A stretch of 32,000 bases of DNA. Source: Candidatus Bathyarchaeia archaeon (GTDB lineage: Archaea > Thermoproteota > Bathyarchaeia > JBHIEI01). A program made the translations under genes and the position numbers. The notes below the pieces were generated by a model. That model was not told where the DNA came from and made no database searches. It saw only the letters and a program-made list of their open reading frames with translations. Numbering within the stretch: the stretch's first letter is position 1; each line of letters opens with the position of its first letter. This document shows, piece by piece, positions 16,279-24,611 of this stretch. Location: NCBI GenBank assembly GCA_046760555.1, contig JBHIEI010000004.1, positions 322 through 32,321 of the forward strand, given 5' to 3'.

Positions 16279-17952
16279 TCAACGCCATGCGCCCAAACCT
16301 GATACCTGACTCAAGTCCACTTCAAACGCGGCCACCGGCATATCCAATTGAAAGTTTGTGAGAACCTCAGGATGGATCTCGCCCAGAACGCCGAGCTCAC
16401 TATTGCGGACCACAATACCAGCACCCCTTCCCTTCAGGAAGCTACGGTGTCTGATCGGTTTCAGGGTCCACTTTTTAACCCCGAGGCTGGGGAGCAAGGA
16501 GTAGATAATCGCCTGAACCCCTTCGTAGCTCACCTTCGAATCGCTAATGGCTGCCGCGAGCTTTACCACACTTCTGGTCCCCGTTTCCTCTCGACCATCG
16601 ACCGTCACCACATCACCGCACTCAAAAATCTTCTGGGGAAATGGGGCGTGCTTGTTGAAGCTTAGGAAATTCAGAAGGCATGGCAGCAGCCAGTTTCTCA
16701 GCGTGCTGTAGGTCTGTGAGACGGGATTCGCGACCCTCACAATTTTCTCTGGGGAGAGGCGCATCCTCGTAAACAAGACCTCCTCGTTGGACATCATGTA
16801 GTTTAGAACTTCTTGAAATCCAAAGCCGACCATCAGATCTCGAACCCTCCTTATAGCCTCAGCATCCGCGGATTCTCTGCCTATGGTGGCTATTGATGGA
16901 TACTCAGGCTCGACGTTATCGTATCCGTATACCATCAAGACATCTTCGACGAGGTCGATCTCGTGTAGTACGTCGCTGCGATAGGCGGGTACCAGAACCC
17001 TCAAACGGTCACTATCTACCAACTTTACGCCCAACCGCATCCTCTGCAAGAGACCCTTGATCTCGCGAGCCGACATCGATAGACCCGTTATCTGATTCAC
17101 ATAGTCTCTGCTGAGCTCCATTTCCGCAGGTGACAGATCTGGGGTATGATAAACACGACCGGAATCCTTGACCCTGACATTTCTGACCTGTCTGCCCCGT
17201 TGTAATAACGCCAACGTCATGATGCTCAACACGTTATCAACGAGTTTCTTGTCGGTACCTGTAACGTCTACAAAGATGTTACGGGTGCTCTCGGTCACGA
17301 CGGTATGGATGCTGTTGATGATGGGAGGCATCGATAGGACTGTCCCCTCATCGTCTACGAGAAGGGGATACCTATCAAATGGTCTAATGATGTGACCATA
17401 TTGTACTCCCTTCGGGGTCAGATCTAGGATCTCGCTCCCAGACATCTCCCGAGTCTCTCCGAGGGGCACGAACCTGATCTCATCCGGTTTGAGCGCCAGA
17501 TAGTTGATCCTGGGAGTTATGGCATCCTTGTCGTGGATTCCGATGGAAACCTTTCTCCTATGTCTACAGTAGGTTTCATGCAGCTTCTCTTGGAGTTGCA
17601 TTATCTGCCGCACCGCCTCGTTCGAGAGCCGTAGACCCAACACCTCGGAAAAAGCCACGCACGGTCTGACCCCCTTGACACTTTTGTCGATCGTGGCTGT
17701 GACAACACCCCTCTGTACGCGTATCTTTGGGGGACCAACTTCAAACCCCTCTAAGCCCTTGAGCGCGACGGCTATCCCCTCTGTGGAGAACAAGTCGGGC
17801 CTATCCGGGGTCACTTCGACGGTGATCTCATCGCCCTCGACCGCCTGCACCTCACATTTGAGAGAGGTCAGGTCACTTAGTAAGCGGTCCATGTCCACTG
17901 CCTTGCCAAGGATACCAAAGAGGTCGTCGCGGTCCATCGTTACCGTGGGCAT
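16279..17952 (-). CDS. pheT: phenylalanyl-tRNA synthetase beta subunit
   Basis: 557 aa with archaeal PheT length and layout (B3/4 and B5 domains and a class-II-like C-terminal domain). It starts directly after the pheS stop (17952/17953). Confidence 0.9.
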   Translation of the reverse strand: MPTVTMDRDDLFGILGKAVDMDRLLSDLTSLKCEVQAVEGDEITVEVTPDRPDLFSTEGIAVALKGLEGFEVGPPKIRVQRGVVTATIDKSVKGVRPCVAFSEVLGLRLSNEAVRQIMQLQEKLHETYCRHRRKVSIGIHDKDAITPRINYLALKPDEIRFVPLGETREMSGSEILDLTPKGVQYGHIIRPFDRYPLLVDDEGTVLSMPPIINSIHTVVTESTRNIFVDVTGTDKKLVDNVLSIMTLALLQRGRQVRNVRVKDSGRVYHTPDLSPAEMELSRDYVNQITGLSMSAREIKGLLQRMRLGVKLVDSDRLRVLVPAYRSDVLHEIDLVEDVLMVYGYDNVEPEYPSIATIGRESADAEAIRRVRDLMVGFGFQEVLNYMMSNEEVLFTRMRLSPEKIVRVANPVSQTYSTLRNWLLPCLLNFLSFNKHAPFPQKIFECGDVVTVDGREETGTRSVVKLAAAISDSKVSYEGVQAIIYSLLPSLGVKKWTLKPIRHRSFLKGRGAGIVVRNSELGVLGEIHPEVLTNFQLDMPVAAFEVDLSQVSGLGAWR

Positions 17953-19458
17953 CTACGATCCCCTAAGCGCCTCGAGGTCCCTGCTAAACAGCTCACGAAT
18001 GTCGTCGATTCCCAGTGAGGCCATAGCCAACCTTCCGATTCCAATCCCCCAGGCCAAAACAGGACACTTAACATTGAAGGGTGCAGTGACTTCTGGTCGG
18101 AAGATGCCGCCTCCCAAGATCTCCATCCAACCTATTTTTGGGTGATGAACCATGCTCTCAACGCTTGGCTCCGTGAACGGGAAGTAGCTTGGCCTGAACC
18201 TCACCTCCTTGAATCCTAGGAGCTGAGCAAATGTTTTTAGGAAGCCAAGGAGATGCTTGAAGTTTACACTCTCCTCGATGACTATCCCCTCACAGTGGTA
18301 GAACTCCATGGAGTGGGTGGAGTCAAGTGCCTCGGGTCGGAACACGCGAGCCAAGGCGAACATCTTAGCTGGCGCCTCTCCCGTATAGCCGGCCATGTAT
18401 CTGGCGGAGATCGCGGTGCCCTGGGTTCGCAGTACTAAACTTCGGGCTACATCAAAGCTCCATGAGTAACCCCAGCCTCTAGAGCCGGTGGTTCCTCCCT
18501 TCTCGTGGGATAGTTTCACCCGCTTCACGATCCTCTCGGGAGGGAGTCTACCCTCCTTGGGGTATTCTAAGCGATAACTCGAGTGTATCTCTCTCGCCGG
18601 ATGATCCTGCGCTTGGAAGAGGGCATCGAAGTTCCAGAACTCCGTCTCGACGTAGGGTCCGCTAGCCTCCTCGAATCCCATATCCAAGAGGATCCTTCTC
18701 ACCCTCTCAAGGTACTCTAGATACGGATGCTTTTTTCCGGGATGGATCCTCGGAGGTGGGATGGCTACATCGTACCCCTTAAGCCGTACCTGTCTCCACC
18801 TCCCCGTCTTGATCATCTCGGGGGTTAGAACAGTGGTTTCCTCGATGGCTGGTATACCTCTCTGGATAAGCTCTACACCCCTTCCGCTCAGGCTGATCTC
18901 CACCCTAGTAACTCCCCTCGTCTCTATCAGCCTCCTCCTCCTTAGATCCGATACCACCCCTCTGAGATCCCTTGGCAATCCCTCTACCTCACGAGCCCCC
19001 TCACCAAGCATGGTGAGTAATCGCTCGTCTGTCCCTTGCTCCGCCTTTCCCTTGGTTACGAGAACACTCACCCCCTCGGAATCAGCCATCTTCGCCCACC
19101 CCTTTCTGAGGATCCATCCGATGGCTATTCTTCCCTCGTCCCTCCCAAGAGAAGCCTTCCGAAGGCAATCAACCAAGGGGGCCTCGCCTCCAAGCTCCTG
19201 AAGGGCGTTCCATAACCTTCTCTCCGGCAAACCAAGCCTCACGTATGAGAGCCCCTCCGCCGTGAGACTTGCCAACACCCATTTATGCTTTGAAACATCA
19301 ACCAACCCACGCTCAAGGAGAGACTGAACCAGCGCCATGGTCTTTCCAAGCCTCATCCCAACCTTTCGGGCAAGGGTATCAGCATCGCTTCGACCCTCGA
19401 GTCTACTTAACCCTTCTAGGATCCTCCCCTCGTTGGGATCGAGCTTCAACTCACCCAC
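17953..19458 (-). CDS. pheS: phenylalanyl-tRNA synthetase alpha subunit
   Basis: 501 aa. The N-terminus has wHTH repeats. The class II core contains FRPSYFPFTEPSVE and GIGIGRLAM motifs. Confidence 0.9.
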   Translation of the reverse strand: MGELKLDPNEGRILEGLSRLEGRSDADTLARKVGMRLGKTMALVQSLLERGLVDVSKHKWVLASLTAEGLSYVRLGLPERRLWNALQELGGEAPLVDCLRKASLGRDEGRIAIGWILRKGWAKMADSEGVSVLVTKGKAEQGTDERLLTMLGEGAREVEGLPRDLRGVVSDLRRRRLIETRGVTRVEISLSGRGVELIQRGIPAIEETTVLTPEMIKTGRWRQVRLKGYDVAIPPPRIHPGKKHPYLEYLERVRRILLDMGFEEASGPYVETEFWNFDALFQAQDHPAREIHSSYRLEYPKEGRLPPERIVKRVKLSHEKGGTTGSRGWGYSWSFDVARSLVLRTQGTAISARYMAGYTGEAPAKMFALARVFRPEALDSTHSMEFYHCEGIVIEESVNFKHLLGFLKTFAQLLGFKEVRFRPSYFPFTEPSVESMVHHPKIGWMEILGGGIFRPEVTAPFNVKCPVLAWGIGIGRLAMASLGIDDIRELFSRDLEALRGS

Positions 19459-19496
19459 AATTTCAATGAGCTTATTAAGTATCTTTTAGAGGGCAG

Positions 19497-20375
19497 ATGA
19501 TAAACTCTATCGATAAGTACAAACAGGCGGGTAGGATAGCGAGAAGAGCTCTGCGCGAGATCGGGGGCCTCGTACGAGCTAACGCGAAGGTGTTGGACAT
19601 CTGTGAGAGGATCGAGTCGATCATCATCGAGGGGGGAGGGAAACCCGCATTCCCCTGCAATGTTTGTATAAACGACGTCGCCGCCCACTATACGTCGCCT
19701 CCTAACGATGACGCCACCATCCCCCCGAGGTCCGTCGTCAAGGTGGATCTTGGGGTTCACGTGGAGGGGTGTATCGTTGACACAGCAAGGACGGTGGCCC
19801 TGGACCCCAGTTTCGCAGAACAGGTGAAAGTAGCCGAAGGGGCTCTGACCTCGGGCATCGAGGAAGTACGTGACGGCGTCAGCATCTCGAGTGTTAGCAG
19901 GGCTATTCAGGGCCACATTGAGGAGGCTGGGTACAAACCCATATGGAACCTCACGGGGCACAAGATCGACAGATACGTCCTGCACACGGGCAAGTCCATC
20001 CCGAATGTGGTTCGGCATTCCGCCGGGAAACTGAGGTCCGGAGAGATCTACGCCATCGAGCCCTTTGTAACTGAGATCCACGGCAAAGGCGAAGTCACCC
20101 ATACCGGAGAAGCGTACATATTCCGATTCGATAAAGCGAGATCAACAAAAAACAGGGAGGAAAGGGAACTCGCTGATTGGATAAGGAACAACTTCAGAGG
20201 TCTCCCGTTTACCAAGAGATGGCTTCCCCCAGACCGTCGCGACGCGCTACCGGGTCTTCTTTCCCGAAAGATAATAAGGCCCTACCCCGTCCTGATCGAA
20301 GCAGGTGGGGGCAAGGTTACCCAAGCCGAGCAGACGATCGTCGTGACGAAGGACGGGTGCCTGGTTTTGACCTAG
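19497..20375 (+). CDS. map: type-2 (archaeal) methionine aminopeptidase
   Basis: 292 aa. KYKQAGRIARRALREI, FPCNVCINDVAAHYTP-like and HTGKSIPN are pita-bread-fold metal-ligand regions typical of archaeal MetAP2. It lies divergent to pheS with a 38-nt spacer. Confidence 0.9.
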   Translation: MINSIDKYKQAGRIARRALREIGGLVRANAKVLDICERIESIIIEGGGKPAFPCNVCINDVAAHYTSPPNDDATIPPRSVVKVDLGVHVEGCIVDTARTVALDPSFAEQVKVAEGALTSGIEEVRDGVSISSVSRAIQGHIEEAGYKPIWNLTGHKIDRYVLHTGKSIPNVVRHSAGKLRSGEIYAIEPFVTEIHGKGEVTHTGEAYIFRFDKARSTKNREERELADWIRNNFRGLPFTKRWLPPDRRDALPGLLSRKIIRPYPVLIEAGGGKVTQAEQTIVVTKDGCLVLT

Positions 20376-20379
20376 ATGC

Positions 20380-20775
20380 CTACTTAGAGCTCCCCCTGTA
20401 GATGGCGGTGATCGTCATGTGGGATTTACACTTCGGGCACTCCTTGACCGTCCCCTTGAATATAACGTCCCCCCTTTCGAACCCTCTAACCGACTTGAAG
20501 TTGCACTTGTCGCACTCTTCAACAGTGAATACCCTTTCGTTCTCCACCCTTCTCACGGCACGATACCTCCTTGAGATTTGGGACAGCATGGAAATGGTCA
20601 CCATGAGGCCGAGGATGCCTGTGAACAGGTAGATGGAGACCCTGGAGAACTCTGCGCCCTCGACGAAGTAGAGCTGCCAAGCCGAAAACAGAGAGATTGC
20701 GGTGAGCACGACAACGATCAGAAGGAAGAGAATGGCCGTTATGGGAAATAGCCCCTTCCTCTTAGGAGACTCCAA
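20380..20775 (-). CDS. membrane protein with C-terminal zinc ribbon
   Basis: 131 aa with two predicted TM helices followed by CDKC...CPKC. It overlaps the upstream gene by 14 nt, which implies an operon. Confidence 0.6.
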   Translation of the reverse strand: MESPKRKGLFPITAILFLLIVVVLTAISLFSAWQLYFVEGAEFSRVSIYLFTGILGLMVTISMLSQISRRYRAVRRVENERVFTVEECDKCNFKSVRGFERGDVIFKGTVKECPKCKSHMTITAIYRGSSK

Positions 20776-21877
20776 TCGTATTACCTATCCCAGCGATAAT
20801 CACGGCCCCCCTCTTAGGGACCCTCTCCTCGATTATTCGTTTCACCGCACCCAGCGCATGTTTCGACGAATCTAGGATGGTTTTGGTGATCGGCGTGATC
20901 GCCTCAAGGATGCTCTCCTTTACCACAACGCCGTAGAGGGGGATCTTGTACTTAGAAGCCACCTCTTCTATCTTATACTTCTCGATCCCGATCCCGCCTA
21001 TGGCGGCCCCGATCCCATCGGCTATGCTCCCCGATTTTTCCCCCTCCAGTTTAAGTGCCGCATCCACCATGATGATCGCGTCCACCTTGCCACCGCTCTC
21101 CTCGATGACCCTCTCGATACCATCGCCGGGCTTGCCCACGCTCCCTCCAGGTCCCTTCGCCTTCAGAGCGAAGACGTGCCTACCATCAATCGAGAGCTCG
21201 CCCACGACGACGTCCTTTGCGATCTCCCGCCTCTTCTTTGCTGAACGCAGGAGGTTCGCGGCAACAATCGCTCCGATCCCGTCACCTATCGGTTGGCCCT
21301 CAGCGAAGGCTGACAGAGCCTTGGCGTAGGCTTGAGCCTGCTCCACTATCAGCGGTAAGACCATTTGGAGTTGGGCTATGACGAAGTAGCTCTTCGTCCT
21401 CTTTCCCAGCAGGTAATAATGCCTAATCACCTTGTAGACGAGGTTGAGGGCAGCCGCAGCCTCAAGCATGTTCTCTAGGTTATTTACTTGCCCCTCGTCA
21501 GCGGCAGGAGCTAGCGTTTTAACCTCCTCCTTGAACTTATCGTCTCTGACGTTGACGATGTGTTCGAATTTCCATACAACGCCTGCCGGATCCATGTCCG
21601 CGGGGGAAACAACGAAGTGCTCCATGAACCGATCTACCGCCGGGGTTGGATCCTCCGTGCCCCCCTGCTCCCTGATGGCCTTTATCACGTCCATTCTCCC
21701 CTTGGCCCTCATGTACTTCAGTTTGGTAAGCTGTCTGCTAACCTGAAGTAACGATAGCGAGAGTTGGATCCGTTGTCCGTAGAAGATGAAGACGAAGAAC
21801 ATCCCGTAGAAGGCCAGCTGCAATAGCAGTCCGAAAGTATCCCCTGTTGTTGGGAGCTGAGACACGGGCATAAGCAT
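20762..21877 (-). CDS. conserved archaeal membrane-anchored protein (DUF1512-like, tentative)
   Basis: 371 aa. It has an N-terminal TM helix (FGLLLQLAFYGMFFVFIFYG) and then a soluble Gly-rich C-terminal domain (GAAIGGIGIEKYKIEE..., IIAGIGNTIG). The length and layout match my recollection of DUF1512 proteins. Confidence 0.65.
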   Translation of the reverse strand: MLMPVSQLPTTGDTFGLLLQLAFYGMFFVFIFYGQRIQLSLSLLQVSRQLTKLKYMRAKGRMDVIKAIREQGGTEDPTPAVDRFMEHFVVSPADMDPAGVVWKFEHIVNVRDDKFKEEVKTLAPAADEGQVNNLENMLEAAAALNLVYKVIRHYYLLGKRTKSYFVIAQLQMVLPLIVEQAQAYAKALSAFAEGQPIGDGIGAIVAANLLRSAKKRREIAKDVVVGELSIDGRHVFALKAKGPGGSVGKPGDGIERVIEESGGKVDAIIMVDAALKLEGEKSGSIADGIGAAIGGIGIEKYKIEEVASKYKIPLYGVVVKESILEAITPITKTILDSSKHALGAVKRIIEERVPKRGAVIIAGIGNTIGVS

Positions 21878-21900
21878 ACCTATTCAATCATCTAGATTTT

Positions 21901-21906
21901 AAAAAA
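21901..21906 (-). terminator. oligo-T terminator downstream of the 5S rRNA
   Basis: Minus strand: ...GTCAC CAATTGCTAA TTTTTT. A T6 run lies about 11 nt after the 5S 3' end, the usual archaeal termination signal. Confidence 0.35.
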
Positions 21907-21916
21907 TTAGCAATTG

Positions 21917-22039
21917 GTGACCGCGACTTTCCTGACTTCGCGTAGCCGAAGACAACACTACCGTCAGGAACGGAGCGCGGCTTAACTTCCGAGTTCGGAA
22001 TGGGTTCGGGTGTGTCTCGCGCCCTATGATCGCGGTCAC
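21917..22039 (-). rRNA. 5S ribosomal RNA (stand-alone)
   Basis: Minus strand: GTGACCGCGATCATAGGGCGCGAGACACACCCGAACCCATTCCGAACTCGGAAGTTAAGCCGCGC...GAAAGTCGCGGTCAC. It contains the universal CCGAAC...GGAAGTTAAGC core, and a 10-bp helix I joins the two ends. It is about 123 nt. The two overlapping 87-aa ORFs are spurious. Confidence 0.85.
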
Positions 22040-22057
22040 TTCTAATATCACAGTGGC

Positions 22058-22065
22058 ATAAATAT
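22058..22065 (-). promoter_or_regulatory. TATA-like box upstream of the 5S rRNA
   Basis: On the minus strand, ATATTTAT lies 19-26 nt upstream of the predicted 5S 5' end. This is slightly closer than the ideal spacing. Confidence 0.3.
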
Positions 22066-22184
22066 CTACACCCGTGAATGGTGGGGCTGGCCGGATTCGA
22101 CTCCCTGCAGATCTCCAAAAAGACCTTAGCCCACTCGACTGTTGAAGGCATCGCAGCACCAAGCCATACTTCTGAATCGAATAG

Positions 22185-22805
22185 TTACCACGAGGACTCG
22201 ATTCGCGCTATCGCGTATTCATCCGATCGAATCACATCGGCCACAGTTAGCTTGGTAGCTCCAACTATTGATATGCTCGGCGATTCGCTGATCTTCTTAG
22301 CCTTCTTAAAGAGAAAGTTCGCCAGCGATTTTGCACCTGAAGCGTCTTCGGACCACGAAAGATCGTATACAATAGCGTCTGCAGCACGTACGTGAACACC
22401 AATGAAGGGACCGCTTAAGCTCACCCTATCCTTCTTCTGAAGGTCTTGGGGGAGATCCGGCCGTATCTTCTCAAAAGCTTCTCCGGCGAGTCTATCAATC
22501 GCTTCCTGAGCTTCTTCAATGTCGTTTAATACAAAGCGCATAGGGGGGATTTCATCCTGACTGCCGATATCGAAGTCAACAAGTTTGGAATCTTCCCTAA
22601 AGGTCTCAAGCAACCTCTTGAAGCCCCTCTCCACATCTACTAATTTCTCGCAATACGCAGATATATGCGGGTGATAAATACGAGTGGGCCCCTTGGACTT
22701 AAACAGGACATCGACCCTGAAGAAAGTTTTCGCTGGAATCTTACTGGCCTTCTCCTTAAGTTGTAACAGCGCGTTCTGTTCCCATTCTGACAACGGCAAC
22801 GTCAT
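22185..22805 (-). CDS. hypothetical protein (no recognisable family)
   Basis: 206 aa with an ATG start. Its composition is protein-like and acidic. It is the last gene of the TGT-like/LAGLIDADG cluster, 79 nt downstream of the LAGLIDADG gene. Confidence 0.55.
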   Translation of the reverse strand: MTLPLSEWEQNALLQLKEKASKIPAKTFFRVDVLFKSKGPTRIYHPHISAYCEKLVDVERGFKRLLETFREDSKLVDFDIGSQDEIPPMRFVLNDIEEAQEAIDRLAGEAFEKIRPDLPQDLQKKDRVSLSGPFIGVHVRAADAIVYDLSWSEDASGAKSLANFLFKKAKKISESPSISIVGATKLTVADVIRSDEYAIARIESSW

Positions 22806-22884
22806 CTGCCCCAGAACCTCTTTATGTATCTATCCAATTTCCTCCGCTTTTCCGGAGAGAGAAAGCCTATCTCATCCCGGAATT

Positions 22885-23730
22885 TTATGCATCATCACGC
22901 CTAGCTATCTCTAGATCATAATGTTCAGACCAGCTCTCGGTGGCTTTGGTTTTCTCGTAGCCGTGGTGAGATATCGTGCTTTTTATTCCAAAGAAATCTC
23001 TCAGCAAAGTTTGCACCTCCTCTAATCCTCGTTTGTTCGACGAACTTCCTACAACTCGGGTGCTAGAGGGTTTATCCCCGGTGTGAAGATATCCATCGCC
23101 CTCAAAATAAGCGCTCAACCAACACCTTGCTCCCTCTTTATCCAAGTGTTCAAATGGCACACGCCACGCATACGTGTAGATAGGTCCATACTTAGCAAAA
23201 TCATAAGCCATTTCCTTTCCGTAACCGCGTATTTCATCGCGCTTTGGGTAATCGTGAGCCTTTAGGTCGTAAACTTTTTCGAAATTTTCAGCGAAAATCG
23301 ACCTAACGGCTGGATTTGACTCGCTCAGCCTTATTTCGTACTTATAATGCCATCCCCATTTCCCGCGATATTTTTCCCAATACGCACCGCAAGCAAGACT
23401 ACCGTCTGCGCAGGCGGCACCATGCAAACTCGCTTTCTCCCTCGAGAATATTTGACGATGCCCTTCTGGCACGACCTCAAGTAGCATACCTTTGCTTAGT
23501 TTAAACAGCGCTCTGTTCTCTTCTATGAGCACCTTGACCTCTGCAAAAGAGCCTATCTCTTGGTCTCCCTTGCTGACATGAAAGCCCTCTTCGGTTTGGA
23601 GTATGATGTACTCTCCGATCTCGTATCTCTCGGGCGCTGTCTCAGGGCAATCCGCGGGAGACCCCGACTCGATTTCTTGGCCCAAGTGAAATCTCTCCTT
23701 CGCCTGTTTTGTGTGAAGTCCAGACCCCAT
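22885..23730 (-). CDS. free-standing double-motif LAGLIDADG endonuclease-like protein with an approximately 100-aa N-terminal extension
   Basis: Two LAGLIDADG-type motifs lie 103 aa apart: LHGAACADGS (res 102-111) and LSAYFEGDGY (res 205-214). Each is followed by the usual beta-rich segment and a helix (AVRSIFAENFEKVY, LEEVQTLLRDFFGIKSTI). The ATG lies 1 nt after the stop of the TGT-like C-terminal ORF. Confidence 0.7.
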   Translation of the reverse strand: MGSGLHTKQAKERFHLGQEIESGSPADCPETAPERYEIGEYIILQTEEGFHVSKGDQEIGSFAEVKVLIEENRALFKLSKGMLLEVVPEGHRQIFSREKASLHGAACADGSLACGAYWEKYRGKWGWHYKYEIRLSESNPAVRSIFAENFEKVYDLKAHDYPKRDEIRGYGKEMAYDFAKYGPIYTYAWRVPFEHLDKEGARCWLSAYFEGDGYLHTGDKPSSTRVVGSSSNKRGLEEVQTLLRDFFGIKSTISHHGYEKTKATESWSEHYDLEIARRDDA

Positions 23731-23731
23731 A

Positions 23732-24004
23732 CTACCGCCTCTCGTGTAAACTGATTATTTGGGCCAAATTGTGAAGCGCCATGGATTTTGTATCAACGAG
23801 TAGCTCATTCCACCTCCGCCCTCGGCAAAAGTCGCAGTCGCATTCGTAGAGAATGTTGGACTCCAAGCTTCCTACCCCATCTCTTACGTAGACCATACCT
23901 CCCTCGGCCCTTAGGAACCAGCTGAGGCTGGCAAAGTGTACTATCGGATCCTCGGTCAGGTACGCCAAGAATGGATCCCTAACGAAGGGCGTGCCGTAGA
24001 TCAC
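23732..24004 (-). CDS. TGT-like protein, C-terminal fragment (zinc-binding subdomain)
   Basis: 90 aa with a GTG start. (V)IYGTPF...DPIVHFASLSWFLRAEGGMVYVRDG...YECDCDFC...(17 aa)...ALHNL is colinear with the archaeosine/queuine TGT segment G.G.P...DlFDSasY...CxCxxC...H. The zinc ligands C55, C57, C60 and H78 are present. Confidence 0.7.
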   Translation of the reverse strand: MIYGTPFVRDPFLAYLTEDPIVHFASLSWFLRAEGGMVYVRDGVGSLESNILYECDCDFCRGRRWNELLVDTKSMALHNLAQIISLHERR

Positions 24005-24558
24005 GACGTTCGCTCCGAGTTTTTGGCCCTTCTCAGCATGTACTTGAACAGGATCTTACCCACCTTCCCCATGCGGGACAGCTCCCTGTGGGGGAGGACG
24101 AGGGTTCGGAGGCCCATCTCTAGGAGGCGATCTACGCACCAGGAGACCTGCACTTGATTCGCTCCCTTAACTATGCCTAAGAGTGGGATATCCGTGTTTT
24201 CAACTGCATAAAGGGCGTTGTTCACGAAACTGAATATTTGACTCCACGATATCGCCAGCGGGTCGTCGACGTAAGTGTAACAGTCCAGAATCATCGCCAC
24301 ATCCGGGTCGATCGCGTTCAGGAGCTCGACGTACTTCTTACCTGTCAATTGGTCTAGGAGTTCGTCGGGCATAACAGATGACACTATGATTTTTCCATCA
24401 ATCGAGAAATTCGTGGATGCCTTTATCCTTGACCTTTTTGAACAAATCCTTATCGCTAACAGCCTCTCCATCTTGACGATTGCAGCATCGTAAGACACAG
24501 AGTCCCAAAACCAGCTAGTCTTGTCGTCGAGTTTGATTATAGGTGTAAAAGCGGGCAA
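24001..24558 (-). CDS. TGT-like protein, N-terminal fragment (barrel N-half)
   Basis: 185 aa, ending in a GTGA overlap with the next ORF. Alternating beta/alpha pattern; the segment AMILDCYTYVDD sits where TGTs have the substrate-binding DSGG(F/Y)Q strand. The assignment rests mainly on continuity with the C-terminal fragment. Confidence 0.55.
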   Translation of the reverse strand: MPAFTPIIKLDDKTSWFWDSVSYDAAIVKMERLLAIRICSKRSRIKASTNFSIDGKIIVSSVMPDELLDQLTGKKYVELLNAIDPDVAMILDCYTYVDDPLAISWSQIFSFVNNALYAVENTDIPLLGIVKGANQVQVSWCVDRLLEMGLRTLVLPHRELSRMGKVGKILFKYMLRRAKNSERTS

Positions 24559-24611
24559 ATCGATATCGGGTTGTGGTTCCAGTCTTGGGACTCTCCTAGG
24601 CTCTGCTAAGG

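Noticed and set aside
19446-20102. A 218-aa minus-strand ORF.
   Set aside because: It is antisense to the clearly recognisable methionine aminopeptidase gene and has no motifs of its own. This is a typical shadow ORF in GC-balanced coding sequence.
21888-22162. Two 87-aa minus-strand ORFs, plus the start of the 105-aa plus-strand ORF 22078..22395.
   Set aside because: The minus-strand ORFs cover the 5S rRNA gene and its promoter. The plus-strand ORF is antisense to the better-supported 206-aa gene at 22185..22805.
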